Assembly (NCBI RefSeq): GCF_003704095.1
Contig: NW_020846357.1
Span: 124,101 to 188,000 of the forward strand
Reading direction: 5' to 3'
Origin: Pocillopora damicornis
Taxonomy: Eukaryota
Length of the DNA: 63,900 nt
Under the pieces are notes generated by a model that ran no database searches, was not told the DNA's origin, and saw only the letters and a program-made list of their open reading frames with translations. The translations under genes were made by a program, and so were the position numbers. Shown here one piece after another: positions 52,542 through 63,900 of this stretch (its first letter is position 1; each line of letters begins with the position of its first letter).

Positions 52542-53329
52542 AAACTGATTAAAAGAAAACCGTTGATACCTCATGCACACTTATATTAAAGGCTGTTCAC
52601 TTCCTGAGAGTAACAGGAAACCTTTCGAGGAGGGGAAGGGAGATATTGGTCGGCATTGCACATTAGAGCCCAGCTTTCTCTGTCTAAAGGCTTCAGTTGT
52701 TTGATTAGTTCAATAGGTAACCTATCGTTGTTTAGGTCACAGCTGGCAGCAGCTAATTTTTACGGCCTAATATTAACACTTGCATATAATAGTTAGTGAT
52801 TTAGGGTTATTTTCATAGTCGTTTACAATAGCCATCATCCTCGCAAAGAAAACGTCTTCTTTTTCTACTTAGTTGAGCCTTAAAAACCATTATCAGGTTA
52901 CTATGAGCAACGGTAAATTATCCGTCGTATTTTGTTTATTTAAGCACTAAATTTGGTTTTACTCTAAATTTTAAACAAGTGTCACGTACATAAGCAACGT
53001 AAGTAGGCTTCCTCTAAGAAGCCTTCTTCTAGTAAATAAAAGTTTTTCTAAAATTAAAAGAATGACAGAGTCCCTTTTATTGATTTTCCCCTCTATTGCT
53101 AAACCTATCAATATTCCGTTCCCAATTATTCTACTTTAAAGAGAGATTGTGCTGTTCTTCCAAAAAAGTAGTCAGCTCATCATCAGTGACTCTTTTGCTA
53201 CAACCTTCGAGCCGAACTAAGGCTCGATGGCCAACTAATGAAGCTCCTACCAGCACCCGAAAATCTTCTCTTTTAGCGTGGTAATTAAAAAAATAAAGAA
53301 TTTTGTTCCTAAGCTCAGTTATTTTGCGG

Positions 53330-56300
53330 CTCCTCTTTATTGCTGATTTTTAAATGCATGAATATTGATACAAGAGCATTTTGCTGATGAGCTTTCTGCT
53401 AACTGCCAGGACCATGAATCAAACCGAGTTTTCTAGCTCATTATCAAAATTCTATTGTCTCGATATTTAAAGGAGATTTTCTTGGCCCACAAAATAATTG
53501 TGGCTTTGAAACTCGCACAAAAGAACACATCTTATGGCCCTCTATTTAACGAACTAATAATCCTTCCGCAAATCGTCTTTGTTGGCGAGATATATAGGCA
53601 TAGATATTAAAACAAAAGAATTTTGTCAATGAGCTTTCGGCAAACTGTCAGGACAATGAGCCAAACCGAGTTATTGAAACTCATCAACAAAATTCTATTG
53701 TTTCAATATTCAAGGGAATTTTCTCGGCCAAAAAGAGAGGTGTCGCTTTGAAATTCATACAGAATACACAGCTAATCACCTTCTTTCTAACTATCTCAGC
53801 TTATTACTCTCTCTTTAACGTACTAACAATACTTCTGCAAATTGTCTTTATCGCCGAGATATATACGCATGAATATTGAAATAATTTTGTTAATGAGTTT
53901 AGGTAAACTATCCGGTAATCTATTTCGTTAAACTATGTTACTGAGCTAAACCAATTTTTTTAGCTCATTAACAAAATTCTATTGTTTCAATATTCGGAGG
54001 GGATTCTCTTGGTCAAAAAAAGAGGTGTGGCCTCGAAACTCGTACAGAATTTACAGCTGATAACCCTCTTTCTAACGAAGTATTAATTCTTCCGCAAATC
54101 CTCTTATTTGCCCAGATATATACGCATGGATATCAAAACAAAAGCATTTTGTTAATAAACCTTTGGCAAACTGTCAGAAGCACAAGCTAAACATAGGTTT
54201 TTAGCTCATTTTCAAAGATTCTATTGTTGCAATATTCAGAGGGGATTTTTTCGGCTCAAGAAAGAGGTGTGTCTTTGGAACTCATTCTAAATACACAGCT
54301 AATTACCCTCTTTCTAACGAACAAGTAATTCTTCCGTAGGCCTCTTTATTGCCGTGAAATATACGCATGGAAATTGAAACAGAAGAATTGTGTTCATGAG
54401 CTCTCCGTAAACTGTCAGGAAAACGTGCGAAGCCGAGTTTTCTCACTCATTAAAAAAATTCTACTGTTTCAATATTCAGAGGGGATTTTCTCGGCCCAAA
54501 TAAGAAGGTGTAGCTTTGAAACTCATACAGAATATACAGGTAATCACCCTCTCTCTAACCAATTTATAATTGTTCGGCAAATCCTCTTTATTGCCGAGAT
54601 ATTTAATCATGAATATTGAAACAAAATAATTTTGTTAATAAGCTTTCTGCAAACTGTCAGGATTACAAACTAAAACAGGGTCTTTAGCTCATTAACACAA
54701 TTCTATTGTTTTAATATTCAGTATATATATTTAATAGCTTAAAATATATATTTAATAATTAAATTAATAATTAATAATTAAATAATTAATATATTTAATA
54801 ATTGTTCATCAGCCTTTCAAACAATTTTATAATTGTTCTGCAAACTCCCTTTATTGCCGAGATACATACGCATGAATATTGAAACAAAAAAATGTTGTTA
54901 ATGAGCTTTCTGCAAACTGTCAGGAAAACAAGTTAAAGAGAGGTTTTTAGCTCATTCAAAAAACTCGATTGTTTCTATATTCAGAGGGGATTTCTCCGCC
55001 AACGAAAAAGGTGTGGCTTGGAAACTCACACAAAACACAACCTAATGCCATCTCTCTTAAAAAATAATAATTCTTTTGCAAACCTTCTTTATTGTCGAGA
55101 TATTAATAGTTAAACAGAAGAATTTTGTTAATGAGCTTTCTGCAAACTGTCAGGATTACAAACTAAAACGGGGTCTTTAGCTCATTAACAAAATTCTATT
55201 GTTTTAATATTCAGAGGGGATTTTCTTGGCCCCAAAAAAGGGTGTGGCTTGGAAACTCACACAAAATACACAGCCAAATTCCATCTCTTATACAAACTTA
55301 TAATTCTTTCACAAATCGTCTTCATTGCCGAGATATATACGCATGAATATTGGAACAAAAGAATTTTTTGAATGAGCTTTTGGTAAACTGTCTGGACGAC
55401 GAGCTAAACCGAGACTTTTAGCTCATTAAGAAAGTTCTATTGTTTCAACATTCAGAGGGGATTTCTCGGCTCAAACAGGAGATGTGGCTTTTAAACTCAT
55501 ACAGAATACACAGCTAATCACTATGTTTCTAACCGATTAATAATTGTTCCACAAATCCTCTTTATTGCCAAAATATTTAATCATGAATACTGAAACAAAA
55601 TATTTTTGTTAATGAGCTTTCTGGAAACTGTCAGGATTACAAACTCAAATGGGGTCTTTTGCTCATTTACCAAATTCTATTGTTTTAATATTCAGAGGGG
55701 GTTTTCTCGGTCCAAGAAAGAGGTGTGGCTTGGAAACTCACACAAAATACACAGCCAAATGCCATCTCTCCAAAAAACTAATAATTCTTTCGCAAATCTT
55801 TTTTATTGTCGAGATATATACGCAAGAATATTGAAACAAAAGAATTTTGATAATGAGCTTTTGGCAAACAGTTAGGACCACGAGCTAAACCGAGATGTTT
55901 AGCTCATTAACAAAATTCGATTGTTTCAATATTCAGAGGGGATTTTCTCCGCTCAAAAAAAAGGTGTGGCTTCGAAACTCATACAGAATACACAGCTAAT
56001 CATCCTCTTTCAAACAATTTTATAATTGTTCTGCAAATTCTCTTTATTGCCGAGATATACGCGCATGAATATTGAAACAAAAGAATGTTGTTAATGAGTT
56101 TTCTGCAAACTGTTAGAACAACAAGCTAGAGCGAGGTTTTTAGCTCATAAACAAAATTCTATATTCAGAGGGGATTTTCTTGGGCCCAAGAAAAAGGTGC
56201 GGCTTCGAAACTCACAAAAAACACAGCCATGTGCCATCTCTCTAAAAAACTAATAATTCTTTCGCAAACCTTTATTGCCGATATATATACGCATGAATTT

Positions 56301-57030
56301 GAAACAAAGGAATTTTGTTAATGAGCTTTCTGCAAACTGTCAGGACAACAAGCTTAAGTGAGGTATTTTGCTCATTAACAAATTTCTATTGTTTAATATT
56401 CAGAGGGGATTTTCTCGGCCCAAGGAAAAGGTGTGGCTTGGAATTTGCATAAAACACACAGCCAATGACCATCTCTCTCTAACAAACTAGTAATTCTTAA
56501 GCAAATCCTCTTTATGGCCGAGATATATACACATGAATATTGAAACAAAACAATTTTGTCAATGAACTTTTGGTAAATGTCAGGGCAATAAGTTAATGTG
56601 AGGTTTTAAGCTCATTAACAAAATTATATCATTTCAATATTCAGAGGGGATTTACTTGGCCTGAGGAAGAGGTGTGGCTTTGAAACTTATACAAAACACA
56701 CAGATAAACGCCATCTTTCTGACGAACTAGTAATTCTCAAAAAAATCCTCTTTATTGCCGAGAGATTATTGAAACAAAAGCTTATTGACCCATTTCAACT
56801 TTTCCAATACCCAGAGGGAATTTTTTCCGGTCCATAAAAGAGATGTCGCTTTGAAACCTGCATACAACTGAGAACCAGTCAAGTTCTTTCTTTTTAATAT
56901 ACCTTTTTAATCAGACATAATCATAAGAATACTGTAAGAGTAACATTTTGTTGATGAGCATTTTGAGTCCAGGACCTAACCCTTGTTTTCTAACTTATTG
57001 ACACTATTCTACCATTTCAATATTCTGAGT
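53330..57030. repeat. Tandem array of ~15-16 diverged ~240-bp monomers, each with a ~35-bp inverted repeat
   Basis: The anchor aattctattgtttcaatattcagagggga recurs about every 240 bp. Arms tgaatattgaaacaaaagaattttgttaatgagct and agctcattaacaaaattctattgtttcaatattca flank a ~42-bp spacer. Confidence 0.93.
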
Positions 57031-57118
57031 GGCCTATTGAAGGTGTTCATGCAGGAAGTCAGTCTTCAGGGCATTTCTTTAAAGTTAACAAGTCTTGCAC
57101 AGGTGCACAATGAAAACT

Positions 57119-60100
57119 TTAATCCTGCATTAATTCTCTAAAGTCCATTTGGATCTTCAACATCTGTAAAAAAACTTGGTGCTTTTTGTTGTAAAACCTG
57201 AAATGAGACAAACAAGGAACACAAGTTTTAGGAGCCTGAAGCATTTCTCTGTTTCTTTATTGTTTGGAATGTTTCATGGCAGAGCCTATTTCCTCAACCA
57301 TATATCATGTCTAAGCTGAGTGTTTGGTTGTCAAGCCCTCAAGTAGGAAAGAAGATTGAGATCATTTTGTTGTGACTCAAACCATCGTTCTTTTCCAGGT
57401 GAATTTCCCTGTTTTTCAAACTAATTTGTTCCTCTCCCTACATTTCAAAATAATTTAATTCAACATCTCCCCATTTAGACTTGATCTTGTATCACATAGT
57501 TATCCATAAGTCAATCTATTCCATGCATGTGTTCCTTTCCTATTTTGTTCATTCATAATAAGCTACAGGATGGTGAGGATCTCTTAACCTGATAAGCAGC
57601 TCAGTTGTTTTCATTTCTCTTGCTCCTCTAACTTTGTCATACTCAAGTGCCACCAAAATATTCCCACAGAGAGTAGAGTAACTTTTTCCTTACCCTTTCA
57701 AATTTTCTTGTGGCTTTACAACTCTTCCTGCAGCATTCATGCTTTTCATAGTTTCCTTTAGACAAAAGCAAAATAATAAATAAGATGACCTGATGAATGG
57801 GATATGTACCAAACCCTCTCTGGGTTTCAAGGTACAATTAAATCCTTCCCACTTGATTTTCCTTTTGATTGACTGATGTGAAACCAAAGCAAAAGTAATC
57901 AAAACAGGAATCAGAGCGAAGGAAAACCTACAAGAAACCAAGAAGAACTCATAGTAAAGCAGAAAACCCCCTGAAGAGTGAGAAAATTCAAGGGACTTAG
58001 CTACATTTGTTTTCAGTTACTACATATATCTTCTGTAAAGAGAGTAGTTTGTTTTATGAACTGTAGACAGCCTAAGTGTGTCATAAAGTATTTTGAAATG
58101 TTATTTCATGTCAGTATAGTGTAAATGAATTATTCATCAATGTAACTCAATGTCGTTCTGGCACAAAGCTCATAACAAAATTGTTCCATCTACAACACTG
58201 GTTAAAAAAAATTAGTTTTGATTTTGGTTGGGCAAGAGAGCTTTGTCCTCTTTCAAACATCATTGTCCAAAATATGACATACCACCGTCAGGTGAATAGT
58301 GAGGAATGCTCAGGCACCCACCTGGATTGAAGAAAAATCCCCTGATGCACATGCTCCAAGAATTGCTGCGCCAACAAGCACTGATTCACTCTCACGTGGT
58401 AAAATACAAGGAAAACCTACAAGTCAAATAACAAAATGACTCTATTTTTAGTTATAACTCTATTAATGACTAAATTGATGCAAAAAGATAACAATTAATT
58501 TTTCCCTAATATCACCTAGCTCAGATCACAACCAGAAGCATTACCTCTTGACTCTATTGAAGAGTAGTAGATCAGAAAATATACATTCAAGAATGAACAT
58601 ACCTGTCACATCAGCATGTGTTTGGATGAATAATTCATTCTTACTAAGGCCACCACAGAGGAACAGAGTGTCAATAGAATGTCCTGCTTTGTTCAAGCAT
58701 TCTACAATATGGCGAGTTCCATGCTGGTGGGAACAAACAACAGGAAAGCAGCAGTTTACTACATTGCATTGTGATAAACAAGTACCATACAATTTCTGCA
58801 GAAATAGAGAAAGAAAAAAGGGTGAATTTTTCTATCAATAACTCTTTCTTTCCAAAAGGTCAGTAGGACAACATGTTGTTGAAAACCTCCCAGGGAAGAT
58901 AACTTCCAGAGGAACTAAATGTTTACTGTTGTTGAAGTTTTTGTTGCCTTAACTGTTTCAGTGTCTGTTTGAAATTAAATACTACCACAATGGAGAACAG
59001 GTCTATTAAAGGAAAAGAAAATGACAATGACAACTACTATGACAAACAATACTGAATCATTCTCCGTACAGTTCATTAGAAATTGTGCTAATGTTGTTCA
59101 TACTTACTGCAAGGGCCTGAAGTGCAGCAAGATACAAAACAGCCAGGTTGTCTAGATCAGTAGTGAGAGTTAAACCACAAATCTACTTGAAAGAACAGAT
59201 GTACTTAGTAAATACTGACATGACAGGGTTGTATCTAAAACTATCAAAATGTATTTAAAAATAATGACGCCAGATGAAAGGATAGTAAGTAACATTTACA
59301 AACATTCAGGTCCAGAGTCAGAAAGGAAAGAAGCAATAGAGGAATCAGAACAAATTTTTTAAGGTAATAAAGTATTATTGAATTCTAATAACTCAAACAT
59401 TCTAAGAACTACCAAGGTGTTAAGAGTAAAAGTTTTAAAAATGATGACCAGAGGGAAACAAAACTATATTTGATTTTGACGACAGGTTCAACCTAATGAC
59501 ACAATATTCACACAAAAGCAGATGATAAGCAAGAGGGACCAGGAATGGCTAAAACTCAGGCAATATAAGAAAGTCTTTATCTGTACCATTCCTGTCATTT
59601 TGGGATCTCCTATGGGTGATCGGTTTCCATGGAAATCTGGAAGGAGGTGAAAGTTGCGTGACAATAATGCCAAGTTATCAAGCTGACGCTTCTCTGCCAA
59701 GGTGGTCACATGTCTGTTAAGTTCCTCATACAGGGAACAATTGCTGAGAGAGTGAAAAGAAAAGAATATGAATGGAAGGTTATTGAATTTCTAGGTGAAT
59801 TTTTTTTCATTATTACTAGGGAGAAATGCTGTCTCAATCTTTAAAGTGACCAGCTCAGAGCAAAGATTGTTCCAAAATGCAGAAATAATAACAGGCTTAC
59901 ATGCTTCTATAGTTATGTTGACACTTTGTGTAGCAATGCAGGAGTTATAAGTTATGAGACTGGATAACTCCAAGTAAAAAATAAAACATAAAACAAACCT
60001 CTTTTCAGCTATTTCTTTCAGCTCTGTGTAAGCCACATGTGTCTCGATAAGATGATCAATCTACCACAATTAAGACTCATATCAGTACAGCTAGACTAAT

Positions 60101-63100
60101 TTCAGCCAGCCTTGCAAACACAATACAAACAAGTTTACCCTTAGTTGTGTTTCTGTGTTGTTTTCAAAAAATATTTACAGAATGGGTATAAAATGATATA
60201 CTGCAGCTCTAACCAGTTTCCCAGTCACACTTTGGCCTCCTTCATTCAACCACAGGCCTGGTACCATAGCAGAGAAGTATGGGCCCCAGACCCCTGGCAC
60301 AAACACTGGCTTTTCATTAATCTACAACACAAAAGTATTAAGTCAATAAAAATTGATAAAATACAATTCAAACTTAAATTAAACTGGTATTCAATGACTA
60401 AGTATACTGACTGCTGACTGCAGTAGCTGCAGACAGACTGGCTGACTACCAAGTGACTGGCTCACTGACTGATGATATGAGTATTTATTTAAAAAAACTA
60501 ATGGACTAGCTGACTGACATGAGAATGACTAATTACTAGCTGACTGACTGACAACTGTCTGACTTACCAACTGATTGATACAAGGAAGAATAAACTAACT
60601 TAGACTGACCGAATGATTGACTGACTGACTGACCCACCACCACATAAACTGACTTATGACAGACTGGCTGACTTGTGAATGAGAGACCAAATGACAGCTC
60701 AACTAACTGATTGTGCAAGATGACAATTTATCAACTTACAGCCATGTGACATGATGATGTTCCACAAATGACAGCCAGACGTGAAGTCAATGGTTTATCA
60801 TCCGTAAGAAGTGAACCTAGATCAGCTCCAATGACACCTTGAGAAGAAATATTGAAATTCAAATTGGCAGTAAGTACATTGCTAGAAAAACAATGACACT
60901 TATCATCAAAAGCAAACTCTTACCCAAGCCCCCAGCATGTGCATCAATAAGTGAAGTACCCACAGGCATTCCTTCCCATAATCCTAGTTCTGCTGCAGCA
61001 TTTTTCGTCAAACCTTTACCAACAGGTTCCCCGGGGCTACCAACTTTTACCCCTCAAAAAAAGTAAGAAAAATAAAAATAACTGGTCAGACTCACAGGAT
61101 ACTAGAGAGAAAGCAAATTTAATAGTTGTCATAACTTTTCAAATATTTTATTGTTAAATTCCAATGCAGGACAAAACAAAAGAAATAGTTTTCATAAAAT
61201 TAATTCAAAGACAAAAACTAAAAATAAAAAAAACATTTCAATGCTGTAGCTCTACCCAGTTTGGAATATTTAGTGTTTACAAGATCTTCGAGTCCAACTG
61301 CTTCCAAAAATGAGTCAATCCATCCACTTGTTGAACCTGCCATGAAAAATTAAGTTGATTGAGACATATTTTTCATCAATAATGTTGCCATCAGCATTAG
61401 TATAATGTCACCTATTAGAGTCTGGCCACAAATCAACTTTTTTAAGCATCCTGAGCACAAACTTTTTTCCCTAAAGGAGTAATTCTTTAACATTCTGTAG
61501 GGTTCTGTAGCCCCATAATTATACAAAATAGTAGTAACCCATCAAGCCGAAAAAATTTGAATGTACAACCATACTACTGTACGACCGCACAAGGTGCTAC
61601 TTTTAATTGTACTGCAGGCAAACCAACACCACAGCTTTGTCCAGTAGTCCAGTGGTCAGTGCACTGGGCTCTGAGTTGGACGACCTAGGTTCTAGTCCTG
61701 GCCGGGGCAAGGCGTTGTGCCCTTGAGACATGCAGGGAAAAAAATGCGAGCTCCACTTTTAGGCCTGGCTAAATCTATATATTATCAGTTCTGTAATGGG
61801 CATCTAAAAGAATTCACTCCATGAGTTAGCCAGTCTGTCATAAGTCAGTATCTGAGCATCTGTACACCTACCCCTCCCAACCCAACATTCAACTGATAAC
61901 AAGTAAGGATAAATTTTGGCTTAGGGGAGGGGTAGATGGGCAGTTGCTTGGATACTGACATTGATCCAGAATGTTGAAGGTCACTCCACTTTTCTTTGAG
62001 GTTGTGAGTCAAGTCTAAGTGGATCAATTCTCTTCATTAATTTGAATTTTAAATTTAATGAATGAAATATGAATGAAATAAAATTTCTGAATGACAAAAA
62101 TGTAACTTACCTTCCAGTATTTGAGATCCGTGTCCCATGTAATTAAATTTACACACAAGAGAGCACATGGACCTAACAAAATATGTTTGTTGTTTTTGAA
62201 TTTATTTATATTTTATATTTATTTATAATATAATGTATAATTTATAATAAAAACATATAGTTTAATATAACAATATAATTTATATATAATTATAATATAT
62301 ATATATATATATTTATTATTTACTCTGATATTCAAGTATGAATGATTACTGCCACTTTTCTTTCGACCCGAGACCAAGAAAAATTGTAAGAGATTTTAAC
62401 TAATATCTCTAACACATGAAAAGTGCCATTGTTTTCCAGCTTTCTTGACCATTTTTGTCTAACTTTATGTTAACCATTACAAATAAGGATCTATGTATCA
62501 CTTACCTTGTTTCATCACCAGTTGCCCTGTAAGTGAGAAACTCAGGTAATTCTAAAAAGAGAGCGCATTTATCCCAACAGTCTGTTGGTAAATTTTCCTT
62601 TAGCCACAGCATTTTTGGAATCTCCATTTCTGGTGAGGTAGCTCCACCAACATACTTTAACACTTTATGTTTTGTATCATTGATTCTTTTAGCCTGTTCC
62701 ATGGCACGGTGATCCAGCCACATAACAATATTTCTGTGAGGTTCTTTGGAAGGACTGCAAGTGACAGGACCTCCTGAAGAATCTAAAGTCACCAGGGAAC
62801 ATGTTGCATCAAAACCTATCCCTTTCACCATTCTCACGTCAGTAAGACTGGCACCAACCTCCTGCAAAAAGGTATACAATGATGTTAAACAAATAGTAAA
62901 CTTCAGTATACCTCATTCAATTTGCCTCTGACTATTCTCCACCAGTTAGAGCTAACTTTTTAATCACTTTGCCATGTTGCCTCCAATCGCAAAAGTCAGG
63001 TAAATGTTTGATTAGAATCACGACAATCATAAAATGATTACCTGTCCGTCTATCTGCCTGTCCTCCCGTCTGTCTACCTGCCTGTGAGTAAATGATCACA

Positions 63101-63572
63101 AAAGCAAAGCCTACTAGAAATTTGATCCTGATTCAAATACTCCTTAGTGGGTTGATTAGTTCGATAGATAGATAGATAGATAGATAGATAGAATATTAGA
63201 TAGACTACATAGGACAGGGCTGCAGGAGGGCACATTCTGTCCTTTACTAGCCTCCACTGTCCTCCACTAGCCTTATCCTGCGATGATAAAAAGATACCTC
63301 TCCCCTCCCCTCCAGCAGGGATTATCGTGGTGTGTTTGCGAAAAAACTTCCAAAGGATCACAAACGCAAAACAAAAATTTGGAAAATACCTTAACAACTA
63401 AGCATACATTTCTCCATACATCCTCTGATGACTGCTCGTAGTAATCAGTTAGAGGCTGCCAGATTTGCAATGGCTTCGTCGCAGATGAAACGATTCTTCC
63501 ATCGTGGGTAATCAGAGCAGCACGGACGCTAGCTGTTCCAACGTCCACACCTATATAATAGGATTCCATCAT
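57119..63572 (-). CDS. FGGY: FGGY carbohydrate kinase domain-containing protein (D-ribulokinase-like), ~14 exons
   Basis: [102 protein letters not shown] and [12 protein letters not shown]. The last exon is [12 protein letters not shown]...QD-TAA at 57121-57119. Confidence 0.95.
60405..60712. repeat. Degenerate (ACTG)n microsatellite in an FGGY intron
   Basis: Imperfect actg/gctg/attg tandem units. Confidence 0.75.
61640..61785 (+). mobile_element. tRNA-derived SINE in an FGGY intron
   Basis: tRNA-like head gtagtccagtggtcagtgcactgggctctgagttggacgacctaggttctagtcctggccgggg, with A-box-like TAGTCCAGTGG and B-box-like GGTTCTAGTCC. A non-tRNA body and AT-rich tail follow. Confidence 0.7.
61844..61968. 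mobile_element. MITE-like element in an FGGY intron
   Basis: Imperfect inverted repeats gtcagtatctgagcatctgtacacctacccctccc / ggggaggggtagatgggcagttgcttggatactgac. Confidence 0.7.
63163..63203. repeat. (ATAG)n microsatellite
   Basis: Direct tandem gata units. Confidence 0.9.
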
Positions 63573-63900
63573 TTTTTGTTACGTATAAAGCTTATGATAG
63601 GGGGCACAGTACACCCTGACAGCTTTTCAGCCATCATCGAAAGATCGCCATATTGGACGAGTAGGGTCTGGTAAAAAGACAACCTTTCCGTCTGACATTT
63701 TCTCCCTCACCCGTCCCCCCGGCCTGAATTTGGCCAGTTCAGAGAATTTCCCAGCGGGGAGGGAAGACAAACTTCAGCTGTAAATCCTATCATAATTTCG
63801 TTTTCTATTAAACTCTTGAAATTTTCTCTTCTTTTTTCAGCCCTCTCTGTGATTTAGTTACTTTAGCAACGAGCTCAAGTTAGGGTCTGGGAGCGAAATA

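Noticed and set aside
53330-57030. CRISPR- or integron-like interpretation of the hairpin array
   Set aside because: The context is eukaryotic, the spacers are homologous to one another rather than unique, and no cas or integrase genes are present.
61640-61710. Possible tRNA gene
   Set aside because: No complete cloverleaf (acceptor stem unpaired), and it is followed by a SINE-like body and tail.

Overview
This is eukaryotic, AT-rich, intron-rich genomic DNA with several assembly gaps. The repeat types and gene style suggest a cnidarian, probably a stony coral (inference). It is a compact, gene-dense region. In order: a partial SMPDL3-like gene (-), the first exon of a PAN/apple-domain secreted protein (+), a second SMPDL3-like gene (+) with an in-frame TGA in its last exon, a PAP2/PLPP lipid phosphatase (-) head-to-head with NDUFA11 (+), and an orphan signal-peptide ORF with one in-frame TGA. 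Then come two tandem HSDL2 paralogs (-), CENPP (+), a class A GPCR (+), a TRPA1-like channel (-), SARAF/TMEM66 (+, with a U12-type intron and an intronic LINE remnant), a ~3.7 kb array of ~240-bp hairpin-containing repeats, and FGGY (-). The best non-obvious finding is a composite C/D-H/ACA scaRNA (U85/SCARNA10-like, predicted to guide U5 snRNA Cm45 and Psi46) in intron 5 of one HSDL2 copy. A diverged duplicate sits in the same intron of the other copy. All calls were made by eye from the sequence and recalled family motifs; no database searches were run.
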